64,000 nucleotides of DNA, taken from positions 5,872-69,871 of the forward strand of contig JANPEZ010000010.1 in NCBI GenBank assembly GCA_031423155.1. The letters run 5' to 3'. The DNA comes from Actinomycetes bacterium. GTDB taxonomy: Bacteria > Actinomycetota > UBA4738 > HRBIN12. A program made the translations under genes and the position numbers. The notes under the pieces were generated by a model that worked only from the letters and a program-made list of their open reading frames with translations, was not told where the DNA came from and made no database searches. How positions within the stretch are numbered: position 1 is the first letter of the stretch; each line of letters opens with the position of its first letter. Below are positions 1-8,868 of this stretch, piece by piece.

Positions 1-2
1 TC

Positions 3-617
3 GCCGCTCAGTCCGGTCTCGCGAACTTCAGCGCGTTCGCCCTTCCGATGTCCGTGTTGTTCGCGGTTACCGGAGGAAGCGCCGGACTCAACATGGTGGC
101 CGACATCGAAAGTGGCTACTTCGACAAGCTGCTACTGACACCGGCGAACCGTTTCTCGATCCTCGTGGGAGCGATGTCGGCCGATCTATGCCGGATCATG
201 ACTCAGGGGTTGGTCATCTCGCTCGTCGCGGTTGCCACCGGAACGGTGTTCGCCACCGGACTCGTCGGTCTCCTGGCGATGCTGGGGATCGCAAGCCTAT
301 GGGGTTTGGGCTACTCGGCGATCGGGTTCTCGTTGGCGCTGAAGACCGGCAACCCTCAAGTGGTCGCCAGCATGTGGGCCTTCCAGGTTCCGTTCGTCTT
401 CCTGACGACGGCGTTCGCGCCGAAGGAGGCCCTGTCGGGTTGGCTGCAGACAGCGGCCACGTACAACCCGATGACCTACGTGCTCGCGGGGCTGCGCTCG
501 CTGTCGCTCGAGGGCGGATCCACGTTCGACATCGTGCGTTCGCTGGGTGTGGCAACGCTCTTCTGCACGATCACTGTGAGCGTGGCGCTCCTGGCCATGC
601 GCGGCCGCGTGCGGTAG
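3..617 (+). CDS. ABC-2 type transporter permease (5' truncated by window edge)
   Basis: Frame open from base 3; multiple TM helices; 'ESGYFDKLLLTPANR' and 'YNPMTYVLAGLRSL' motifs typical of ABC-2 membrane subunits. Confidence 0.85.
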   Translation, partial: AAQSGLANFSAFALPMSVLFAVTGGSAGLNMVADIESGYFDKLLLTPANRFSILVGAMSADLCRIMTQGLVISLVAVATGTVFATGLVGLLAMLGIASLWGLGYSAIGFSLALKTGNPQVVASMWAFQVPFVFLTTAFAPKEALSGWLQTAATYNPMTYVLAGLRSLSLEGGSTFDIVRSLGVATLFCTITVSVALLAMRGRVR

Positions 618-736
618 CTCAGAGATGAGCTGGCGATAGTCGGTTAAGCGGCCTCGGCTAGACGGATCCCCTTCAAACCGACTCGACGTGAGCGTATCTT
701 CGTGGGAGCCGTTGGGCGTCTATCAAGGGGGCGCGC

Positions 737-1390
737 ATGGACGGGCAGACATCCGAGCCACCTGAGGCGCTCGACGCGAGCCCTCCCCACGACGGTCGGA
801 TCTTCGCGCGGATCGCAGCGGTGGCCGGAGTCGCAGTCGGGCTCGGGTCGGCGCTCCCTTGGGCGACGGCTACGTACCATGGCGGCGGGGTACGCGAATA
901 CCAACGAGTCACCCTCGGGTTGTCCGGTTCTTGGACCGCTCCGAAGCTGGTCGCCGTCTCGGTTGCCCTCGCCGTGCTGATCGTCCTAGGCGCTGCTGTC
1001 TTCGGGCGTTCGAAGAAGAGAGAACAACGGATCGCGGCAGGCGTCGTGGTCGTGGCTGCTGGACTCACGACATGGATCATCTTCGGGCATCTGGATCTGC
1101 TGTCCGGAGTGCCAGCCGACTTCAGGGGAGGTTTGCCCGAATGCCGCGGCTGGTGGATAGATTGCGTGAGCATAGCCTCGCGCCCCGGGCTGATCGTTAT
1201 CGGTCCCGCAGGGCTCATCACGTCGTTCTTCGGCCTTGTCGCTCTGCTGCGAGCTGGTGGCGAAGCCAGAGGCGAAGGTCATAGATCCGATCGCTGGGTT
1301 CTCATGGTGATCTCGATCACGATCGGAGTCGCAACTCTACTCTTCGTCCTGTGGCTCATCGCGCAGCTATCGCAGATGGACACGTTGTAG
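737..1390 (+). CDS. Hypothetical multi-pass membrane protein
   Basis: 217 aa, ~5 hydrophobic segments, 'GSALPWAT' N-terminal motif. Confidence 0.65.
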   Translation: MDGQTSEPPEALDASPPHDGRIFARIAAVAGVAVGLGSALPWATATYHGGGVREYQRVTLGLSGSWTAPKLVAVSVALAVLIVLGAAVFGRSKKREQRIAAGVVVVAAGLTTWIIFGHLDLLSGVPADFRGGLPECRGWWIDCVSIASRPGLIVIGPAGLITSFFGLVALLRAGGEARGEGHRSDRWVLMVISITIGVATLLFVLWLIAQLSQMDTL

Positions 1391-1453
1391 CGGCGTGGCC
1401 TGAGAGCAGCGGTTGGATCAAGCCCATCATCGCTCTTCGGTGCTTCTCATCGG

Positions 1454-2359
1454 TCATCCGTCCTCGACCGTGATGAAGTAGTGATCCGTGACCCCATCGG
1501 TAACGTAGGCCTCGATCAAGACCGCATCCCAGTCTTGGAGTGCAAGCAGTTGCCAGACGTCTCCGGTTGGACCAGTTCGATCCATTCCCTGGTTGAGAGT
1601 GACCCAACCCTCGTCGGCCAGCACGCCCTCATAGAATCTGATGACGTCTTCTCTTGAACCGGCGGGCATAGCAACCCACATATCGCAGACGCCAACGATC
1701 CCGGCATCTGGAGGCTGGGGGGTGGCACCCTCCCACAGGGGAATGCCAGCAAGCAGCGACAGTTCCCGGTCGGTACAGCCCGACGGATCGGTCACCGGCG
1801 ATGGATCGGCCTCATAAAGCGATGAGAGGATCGAAGCGCATCCAGCCGACATGTCTGCTTCCATCGTCGTTCCGTAATTGCAAGCCACGAGATAGGAATC
1901 CCGCGAGCCTTCGACGATCGTCGCTTGCACCGTGAGCCCATCCTTCCTAAAGGACGATGTGTACATCGTCGATCCGTTGCCGTGCGAGATCTCGACATCG
2001 ATCGGGCCGGACGACAGAGGAACGAAACGCCGCAGAAGCTCCTCCGGCGAGCCATCGCCTAACTCCGCCGGAATCGGTCCGATCGCAACGTAATCAGAAC
2101 GGTTGCCTTCAACAGGACCGTACGCCGCGAAGTAGTCCCATGGTGAATCCAGGTTGAACTCGTGCCAGCTATCGGGAACATCGAACGCTACCTGGGGGCC
2201 GATGTAGTCGGGCTCAGTGGCGCCGGGGGACGCACTCGACGTCTTGGATGAGGACGCCTCACGATCCGTAACGGACCCTCCGCCACATGCCGCGGTCAGC
2301 AGGACTAGAACCACTCCGACCAGGGCATTCCGACGCCGATGGCAGGATCGCGTTCCCAT
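1454..2359 (-). CDS. Hypothetical lipoprotein
   Basis: Basic N-terminus, hydrophobic stretch, lipobox 'LTAAC', Ser-rich linker; GAGGAG RBS upstream. Confidence 0.7.
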   Translation of the reverse strand: MGTRSCHRRRNALVGVVLVLLTAACGGGSVTDREASSSKTSSASPGATEPDYIGPQVAFDVPDSWHEFNLDSPWDYFAAYGPVEGNRSDYVAIGPIPAELGDGSPEELLRRFVPLSSGPIDVEISHGNGSTMYTSSFRKDGLTVQATIVEGSRDSYLVACNYGTTMEADMSAGCASILSSLYEADPSPVTDPSGCTDRELSLLAGIPLWEGATPQPPDAGIVGVCDMWVAMPAGSREDVIRFYEGVLADEGWVTLNQGMDRTGPTGDVWQLLALQDWDAVLIEAYVTDGVTDHYFITVEDG

Positions 2360-2599
2360 GGTCCTCGACTCCTCGCTAGCTTCCGCTCCGCTCGAGTGGA
2401 CTCAGGAACCCATGTGGCATCGAATCATCCTCCCCGCAACACGATCACGCAATCCGTCCCCACGAACAGAGCACAAGCCACCCCCGACGTCGCCGTAACC
2501 CCCGAGCGGACCTCTATCGAGAACGGAGGACGGCACGACCAGGTCTCAGGCACATACGAGCGTTCGGTCGCTCGGTTTGCGGAGTCGTTCCGCGAGCGC

Positions 2600-2650
2600 G
2601 AGGATACGCAGGTGGAAGACCGCTGGCGCCTTTACTCGGTGGTTCCGTGA
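2600..2650 (+). pseudogene. Possible 3' remnant of an adenylate cyclase paralog
   Basis: Encodes 'VEDRWRLYSVVP*', matching 'VPDRWRLYRVAG*' at the C-terminus of the downstream cyclase; stop overlaps the cyclase start (GTGA). Confidence 0.4.
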
Positions 2651-3996
2651 GGGACGTGCCCCCGATCCGCTATGCCGAGACCCCCGGCGGCGTCCATATC
2701 GCCTACCAGGTGGTCGGCGATGCTCCCCGCGACCTCGTCTTCGTCCCCGGCTACTTTTCCAACCTCCGATGGCAATGGGAGCTGCCCAGTTATGCGCGGT
2801 TCCTCGAGCGCCTCGCTTCGTTCGCCAGGCTGATCGTCATCGATCGTCGAGGTACCGGGCTCTCGGACCGCTTCTCGCCAGATGACCTCCCCCCGCTCGA
2901 AGATCTCGCGGATGACCTAGAGGTCGTACTCGATGCCGTGGGAGCATCGAGCGCCACTCTCTTCGGTGCCGAAGACGGAGGGGCGATCTGCAGCCTGTTC
3001 GCTGCGTCGCGCCCGGAACGCTCGACCGCACTGATCCTGTACGCGATGGACCCCGGCGGTCCTCGTATCGGGCGCTCCGAGGAAGAGGGCGCAGCGCTCT
3101 GGGAGGAGGTCTTCCGACTGGTACGCACCTCGTGGGGAACCCGCGAGTTCGTGCGGTGGGATACCGCCTACAGCGCCCCGAGCCGCCTTGCCGACGAGGA
3201 GTTCCTCGGATGGTTCGAAGCGTTCATTCAACTCTCCGCAAGCCCCTCGACCGCCGAAGCGCTCCTGCGTCTCTACCGACAAACCGACGTGCGCGGGATC
3301 CTGTCCACGATCGCAGTGCCCACCCTCATCATCCACCGCACCGAGGACCGCTTGATCCCCGTCGAGTTCTCGCGCCTCGTGGCATCGACGATCACGGGTT
3401 CGCAGATGGTGGAGCTGCCAGGTGACGACCACTACTGGGTCACCGGTGACAACGATGCGATCTCAGATGAGATCGAGGAGTTCATCACTGGGGTGCGACA
3501 CACCGCTGAGCATGACCGCGTGTTGGCGACGGTGCTCTTCACAGACATCGTGGACTCCACAGCCCAGAGCGCGTCGATGGGAGACCTCGCCTGGCGCGAC
3601 ATCCGCGACCACCACGATCGGATCGTCCGCGAACAGATCGCCCGATTCCGAGGGCGGGAGATCAAGACCATGGGCGACGGGTTCCTTGCGACCTTCGACG
3701 GACCGGCCCGTGGGGTGCGCTGCGCCGAAGTGATCGCCGCTGGCGTCAGGCCGCTTGGCATAGAGATCCGCGCAGGACTGCACACCGGCGAGATCGCGCT
3801 CGAGGGTGATGACATCACGGGCCTGGGCGTCGTCATCGCTGCCCGGGTTAGCGCGAAGGCCGGTCCGAACGAGGTCCTTGTTTCACAGACCGTGAAGGAT
3901 CTGGTCGCGGGCTCAGGTCTCACCTTCGAAGACGCCGACGAGCATGAACTGAAGGGCGTCCCCGACCGGTGGCGTCTCTATCGAGTGGCGGGCTAG
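2647..3996 (+). CDS. Alpha/beta-hydrolase fold + class III adenylate/guanylate cyclase fusion (LipJ/Rv1900c-like)
   Basis: N-terminal hydrolase fold ('IVIDRRGTGLSD'); C-terminal 'VLFTDIVDST', 'KTMGDGFLATF', 'IRAGLHTGE', 'LKGVP'. Confidence 0.93.
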   Translation: MRDVPPIRYAETPGGVHIAYQVVGDAPRDLVFVPGYFSNLRWQWELPSYARFLERLASFARLIVIDRRGTGLSDRFSPDDLPPLEDLADDLEVVLDAVGASSATLFGAEDGGAICSLFAASRPERSTALILYAMDPGGPRIGRSEEEGAALWEEVFRLVRTSWGTREFVRWDTAYSAPSRLADEEFLGWFEAFIQLSASPSTAEALLRLYRQTDVRGILSTIAVPTLIIHRTEDRLIPVEFSRLVASTITGSQMVELPGDDHYWVTGDNDAISDEIEEFITGVRHTAEHDRVLATVLFTDIVDSTAQSASMGDLAWRDIRDHHDRIVREQIARFRGREIKTMGDGFLATFDGPARGVRCAEVIAAGVRPLGIEIRAGLHTGEIALEGDDITGLGVVIAARVSAKAGPNEVLVSQTVKDLVAGSGLTFEDADEHELKGVPDRWRLYRVAG

Positions 3997-4035
3997 CCTC
4001 GAGGGGCGAGCCATTCAGCGCGGCCCACTTTCCGG

Positions 4036-4108
4036 TGGAGACGACCGGACTCGAACCGGTGACCCCCTGCTTGCAAAGCAGGTGCTCTACCAACTGAGCT
4101 ACGCCCCC
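4036..4108 (-). tRNA. tRNA-Ala(TGC), CCA not encoded
   Basis: Reverse complement GGGGGCGTAGCTCAGTTGGTAGAGCACCTGCTTTGCAAGCAGGGGGTCACCGGTTCGAGTCCGGTCGTCTCCA; cloverleaf, G3:U70 pair, TGC anticodon. Confidence 0.97.
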
Positions 4109-4208
4109 TGAGGTGAAAGTCTAACGACCCGACCTAACGCAGTGCCCTCCTGCCGGGCAAGGGGAAGCGGGTCTAAGGTGGACGGACTCGAGCCTGGGAG
4201 GTTGATCG

Positions 4209-4724
4209 ATGGGCGGCAATCGCGGTGGCGGTGGCGGTGGAGGTGGTGGCAATCGAGGTGGTGGCGGCGGCAATCGTGGCGGTGGCGAAGGTCACGACCG
4301 TCCGCACGAGGGCGGCGATCGCGGTGGCGGTGGCGGAGGTCACGACCGTCCGCAGGAGGGCAGGATGGGCGGCGCTGGCGACCAGGGACAAGGAGGAGGT
4401 CGCCGCGGTGAAGGCGGTCACGGTGAAGACACCGGCCGTCCCGACGCGGGCGGCGGCGGAGGTCGCCGCGGTGAAGGCGGTCACGGTGAAGACGCCGGTG
4501 GCCGAGATCGGATGGGAGGCATGGGCCGACGCGGAGGTGGACGCGGCCGCATGCGCGGTGGCGGAAGGGGTGGTGGCCGCGGCGGCAGAGGTGGCATCGG
4601 AGCCGTCGGCGTCCTGCTGTTGATCGTCATCATCATCTTGCTGGTCGTGATGATGAACGGGAACAACGACTCCTCGACGACGCCGACCCCGACCGCAACG
4701 CTGGTGGAGACTACGACCGGCTGA
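4209..4724 (+). CDS. Gly/Arg (RGG)-rich low-complexity protein with C-terminal TM helix
   Basis: GGAGGT RBS before ATG; GGN-codon-rich frame; hydrophobic 'IGAVGVLLLIVIIILLVVMM' then Thr-rich tail. Confidence 0.7.
   Translation: MGGNRGGGGGGGGGNRGGGGGNRGGGEGHDRPHEGGDRGGGGGGHDRPQEGRMGGAGDQGQGGGRRGEGGHGEDTGRPDAGGGGGRRGEGGHGEDAGGRDRMGGMGRRGGGRGRMRGGGRGGGRGGRGGIGAVGVLLLIVIIILLVVMMNGNNDSSTTPTPTATLVETTTG
4395..4493 (+). repeat. 36-bp exact direct repeat (63-bp period) inside the Gly-rich gene
   Basis: GGAGGTCGCCGCGGTGAAGGCGGTCACGGTGAAGAC at 4395-4430 and 4458-4493. Confidence 0.85.
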
Positions 4725-4796
4725 GTCGGCACGCGCGTGCGACTTTCGCCCGTGCGCATGGTGCGCATCCGGGCGCCGGCGCGATACGGTTCAAGC

Positions 4797-7388
4797 GTGC
4801 TCGCCGCCGCGTCCCGCCTGATCGTCTCCGCCCTACTTGCGACGACTCTGCCTGCCTCAACCGGAGGTCCTGAGAGCGTTCGCGACTCCCTGGTCCGCGG
4901 ACCTGGGGCTCCGATGGTCACGCCTCTTCGATTCGAACCGAACGTTGGGCAGGCGGATCGGCGGGTGAGCTTCCTGGCCAGGGGCGCAGATTCCACGGTG
5001 CTTCTCACCTCGCACGCCGCGACGTTCACGGGACCGGGCCATCCCGTCACGATGCGCCTGTTCAGGTCGGCCGATGTCAATCCGGTCCCGACTGGTCGCT
5101 TCGCCGGCCTTGCCAACTACTTCCTCGGCAACGATCCGGCCGCCTGGCGAAGTGGAGTGGCCACGACCACCGCGGTCGCCTACCCGAACGCTTGGCCCGG
5201 AGTGCGGATGGCTTTCCGCGGCTCGGTCGAGGGCATCGAATACCGGTTCCGGGTCGCGCCCGGCGCTGACCCCTCAAGCATCGGCCTGTCTTTCACCAGA
5301 GGGGCCACAGCGCGGGTGGAGGCCTCCGGAGCGCTGGTCGTGCGAACGCCCGGAGGACGGATCATGCGCCACGGCGCGCCCACGCTCTTCCAACGGAGCC
5401 CCGCCGGACAGGTTCGGGTCGAAGGCAGGTTCCTGGTCAAGGAGAGCGGCCGAGTGGGTTTCGCTGTCGGCGGATACGACCCCGGGCTGCCGCTCGTGAT
5501 CGACCCGGTAATCAATGTCTCGACCTTCTTCGGAGGGAGCGGGGACGACATCGGCTGGGCGGAGGCGCTCGGCTCGGGCAGCACCTTCACCGCCGGAGAG
5601 ACCCGTTCCGTCGACTTCCCGTTCAAAGCCGGAGCGATGGACACGACCCTCGGAGGCTCCTGCGACGCCTTCCTTCTACAGATGAACGTTCACAAGCAGA
5701 CTCCGGTCGTGAATGCGACTTACTTCGGTGGAGGGGGCTGCGACCGCGCACTCGGATTGGCGGTGACATCCACGGGCATCGTGTACATGGCCGGTGTCAC
5801 GGACTCGGCCGATCTTCCGACGACGCCCGGCGCCTACCGCACACTCCCCTACGGCGGACCGCACGACGGATGGGTGGCACAGATCTCATCCGGCGGGTCC
5901 TCCCTCACCTACTCGACGTACCTGGGGGGCACTGGCGATGACGGCATCGAGGACCTGGCACTGGATGCCGGGATCGCTTACGTCACGGGGACGACGACCT
6001 CGGCCGACTTTCCAACGACGCTGGGAGCCGCACCCGCAGGAGGATCGGAGGCCTTCGCGACCGCGTTCGATCCGACCGGGTCCGGACTCGCCTACTCTCG
6101 TGTGCTCGGTGGCTCGGCCGATGACGCCAGCGGCGGGATCGCGGTGGCGCCGGGCGGCGCGGCGACGGTGACTGGCTGGACCGACTCTCCGGCCTTTCCG
6201 ACGACGGCAGGCGTCCTTCAGGCTTCGAAGGCCGCCGGGCGCGACGCTTTCCTCACGGAGCTGACCTCGTCCGGAGCGCTCTCCTACTCCACCTTTCTCG
6301 GAGGTTGGGGAACCGACCGCGGGGCTTCGGTTGCCGTCCGGGCGGGGGTGGCATACGTCGGCGGCGACACCACTTCCGGGAACTTCCCGACGACGCCCGG
6401 CGCCTACCGCGAGAGGCCTCCGGGCGGGGCCCTCGACGCCTTCGCCATCGCGGTCAACCCGGGAGGAACCTCGGCGAAATGGTCGACGTATCTCGGTGGC
6501 TCCGGGATCGATTCTGTCGGCGGAGTGACCGCCGACAAGAGGAACAACGCCTACATCGTCGGCTCGACGACCTCGGCGGACATGCCCCAGTCCGGCAACA
6601 GGTTCCAGGATGGCCTGGCAGGAGGAACAGATGGATTCCTCGTCATGCTTAGGTCCACGGGAGCGACGGCGACGATCGCCACATACATCGGGGGATCCTC
6701 CGAAGATGCTGCCCACGATGTCGCGGTCGAGTCGATGGGAGAGCCCGTCCTTACCGGACAGACCGCCTCTGCGGACTTCCCGACGGCACAGCGTCCGGCT
6801 CAACCCTCCATCGGAGGCGCACTCGACGTTTTCCTCGCATCGATCTCGACCGCCAAGCCGACGCGAACCACCCTGACCGACGCAGGGTTCGGCACTGCAT
6901 CGATCTCGGCGATCTTGGACACGAACGTCCAGTGGGACATGCCTTCGTCGAACACCGCCGCCCACTCGGTCAGCGACGCGGACGGGATCGGCCTCTTCGG
7001 GTCGGGCGCCCTCAGACCGCCGGGGTCACGGTATGCCGTCAGGTTCCTGGCCGCGGGAACCTACACGATCCTCGACGATGCCACCGCGGATACGAGCTCG
7101 GTCGCCATCCCAGACGTCGCCAAACCCAGGAACGGAACCCAGGCCACCACATTCACGGTTACATGGTGCGCGGGGCAGGTGCCCGATTGGCTCGTCTTCG
7201 ATGTTCAGATCCAGCGCCCGGGCTTCGCGACCTGGAGCGACCTGGTCGGTCCGGGGGTGACCAGTGTCAGCAAGAAGTTCATACCCGACTCTGGCATCGG
7301 CACGTATTCGTTCCGATCACGCGTGAGGAACAAGGTGAGTGGCAACTTCACCGGCTGGTCGCCGGTCGTGTCGGTAACCGTCGGCTAG
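4797..7388 (+). CDS. Secreted SBBP-repeat beta-propeller protein with C-terminal cupredoxin-like and Fn3-like modules
   Basis: 'FEPNVGQ', 'NYFLGNDP..W', 'PLVIDP' N-domain; repeated 'YSTYLGG.G.D' and 'G.T.S.DFPTTPGA'; GTG 4797 preceded by TACGGT -10 and followed by a signal peptide (ORF track starts at 4737). Confidence 0.85.
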   Translation: MLAAASRLIVSALLATTLPASTGGPESVRDSLVRGPGAPMVTPLRFEPNVGQADRRVSFLARGADSTVLLTSHAATFTGPGHPVTMRLFRSADVNPVPTGRFAGLANYFLGNDPAAWRSGVATTTAVAYPNAWPGVRMAFRGSVEGIEYRFRVAPGADPSSIGLSFTRGATARVEASGALVVRTPGGRIMRHGAPTLFQRSPAGQVRVEGRFLVKESGRVGFAVGGYDPGLPLVIDPVINVSTFFGGSGDDIGWAEALGSGSTFTAGETRSVDFPFKAGAMDTTLGGSCDAFLLQMNVHKQTPVVNATYFGGGGCDRALGLAVTSTGIVYMAGVTDSADLPTTPGAYRTLPYGGPHDGWVAQISSGGSSLTYSTYLGGTGDDGIEDLALDAGIAYVTGTTTSADFPTTLGAAPAGGSEAFATAFDPTGSGLAYSRVLGGSADDASGGIAVAPGGAATVTGWTDSPAFPTTAGVLQASKAAGRDAFLTELTSSGALSYSTFLGGWGTDRGASVAVRAGVAYVGGDTTSGNFPTTPGAYRERPPGGALDAFAIAVNPGGTSAKWSTYLGGSGIDSVGGVTADKRNNAYIVGSTTSADMPQSGNRFQDGLAGGTDGFLVMLRSTGATATIATYIGGSSEDAAHDVAVESMGEPVLTGQTASADFPTAQRPAQPSIGGALDVFLASISTAKPTRTTLTDAGFGTASISAILDTNVQWDMPSSNTAAHSVSDADGIGLFGSGALRPPGSRYAVRFLAAGTYTILDDATADTSSVAIPDVAKPRNGTQATTFTVTWCAGQVPDWLVFDVQIQRPGFATWSDLVGPGVTSVSKKFIPDSGIGTYSFRSRVRNKVSGNFTGWSPVVSVTVG

Positions 7389-8812
7389 GCGGCGGTCGCC
7401 TTCAACGCCGCGAGTTGCGCGGCCAGCTCTGCCCTCTTGGCCGCGTAGATCGGATCGTTCGCACGGTTCTGCAGCGCATCCGGATCCGGAGCCCCGAGTT
7501 GGCCCGTCAGGTCGTACAGCTCGACGTTCACCGTTCCGCCGGACAGCTCGGTGTACAGGTAGTCCTTCGTATAGATGCCCCAGTACCCGGTCGTCTTCTG
7601 GGCGCCGACCCAATGGATCAGCACCGCGTCTCTCCACGAACCGGGGGGTACCCCGTCCAGGAACGGCTTCAGCGAGAGTCCGTCCTGGGCGATCGTCGGC
7701 GTCGCACCGCCGATGGCAGCTAGCGTCGATGCGATGTCTACGTTGCTGGCCAGCGCCGGTTCTACGTGCGGTGTCGCGCCCGGATATCGCACGAGCAGCG
7801 GCGTCGACTGACACTGGACGTACTGGCAGGTCTTTCCGGTGAATCGATGGTCTCCGAACGCGTAGCCATTGTCGGTGAGATAGACGATGACGGTGTTGTT
7901 CAGGACCCCTTTGGCCGAAAGGGCGTCGGTGATCTTCTCGACCGCATCGTCAACTCCGATGAGGGCCTCGTAGCTCTTGCGCCGACCTGCGTCCGCCTTC
8001 TTCACACCTCGGTCTCCCAGGAGCGGCAGAGCTTGCACCCAGTCCGGTTTGTCCGAGACGTCGGCCTCGTTGAAACCGGGCGCGTGGGTCGGCGCCATGC
8101 TCTTGTAGATCCCGGCCACCGTCGGAGGCGGGATCGAGGGAGGATGGGGCGCGCGCGGCGCGAACATCAGGAAGAAAGGCTGACCCGAGGGGGCCGCTTC
8201 GATGAAATCGACGGCCTTCTTCCTCACAACCGTCGTCGAGTAGTCCTCCGGAAGCGTGCCGTGATACTCGACCAGGCCTGCCACATCGGGGTTGTAGAGC
8301 TGGTAGTTGTAGTAGCGGTCCTCGTCGGTGATGAAGGCGACGAAGTTGTCCCAGCCTGGCGGGTTGTATAGCGGACGTCCGTATGGCCAGTTGTTCAGGT
8401 ACTTGCCGTAGAAACCCGTGTGATAGCCGCTCGTCTTCAACCAAGTCGCGATCGTGGAGCTCTCGTTGAACAAGGGTCCGTTGCCGTTGGTCTTAACTCC
8501 GGTATGGGTGTCGTAGCGCCCAGTCAGGATGCTCGCGCGAGAGGGACAGCAGAGAGAGACGTTGAAGTAGGCGTGCGAGAACCGGACCCAGTGATCCGTC
8601 GGGTCATCCAGCATCGCCTGCAGCTTGGGCATGACGGCCGGCGTGTGAGGTATCGAATCCGGGCTCTGATCGTCGGTCAGGATCAGCACGATGTTGGGCG
8701 GCTGCACGATCGCTCTCGCAGGGGTGACCCGTTGAGCGGGCGATACCACTGCAGTCGCGGCGAGTGCGACCACTATCGGAATGGCTGCGAGGATCCGGCG
8801 GGGGCGCCGCAT
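7385..8812 (-). CDS. Secreted formylglycine-dependent sulfatase (GlcNAc-6-sulfatase-like)
   Basis: 'PNIVLILTDDQ', 'CCPSRASILTGRY', 'GKYLN', 'TDNG'; AAGGAG RBS before ATG 8812; Arg-rich signal peptide. Confidence 0.93.
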   Translation of the reverse strand: MRRPRRILAAIPIVVALAATAVVSPAQRVTPARAIVQPPNIVLILTDDQSPDSIPHTPAVMPKLQAMLDDPTDHWVRFSHAYFNVSLCCPSRASILTGRYDTHTGVKTNGNGPLFNESSTIATWLKTSGYHTGFYGKYLNNWPYGRPLYNPPGWDNFVAFITDEDRYYNYQLYNPDVAGLVEYHGTLPEDYSTTVVRKKAVDFIEAAPSGQPFFLMFAPRAPHPPSIPPPTVAGIYKSMAPTHAPGFNEADVSDKPDWVQALPLLGDRGVKKADAGRRKSYEALIGVDDAVEKITDALSAKGVLNNTVIVYLTDNGYAFGDHRFTGKTCQYVQCQSTPLLVRYPGATPHVEPALASNVDIASTLAAIGGATPTIAQDGLSLKPFLDGVPPGSWRDAVLIHWVGAQKTTGYWGIYTKDYLYTELSGGTVNVELYDLTGQLGAPDPDALQNRANDPIYAAKRAELAAQLAALKATAA

Positions 8813-8868
8813 CAGGTTCTCCTTGGGGGGTGAAGGTGTTCGCCGATGGTACATCCCGACCTGAGGCG

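Noticed and set aside
608-690. 'GCGGTAGCTCAG' resembling a tRNA 5' end, plus an AGTCGGTT/AACCGACT inverted repeat
   Set aside because: No complete cloverleaf with a paired acceptor stem; it overlaps the permease stop
1-4035. Possible island integrated at the tRNA-Ala 3' end
   Set aside because: No integrase, att duplication or mobility genes seen within the window
4209-4500. Direct repeats considered as a possible CRISPR array
   Set aside because: Only two copies per unit, in-frame coding repeats, no unique spacers or cas genes
5815-6410. Repeated CCGACGACGCCCGGCGCCTACCGC sequence
   Set aside because: Explained by SBBP protein repeats (PTTPGAYR)
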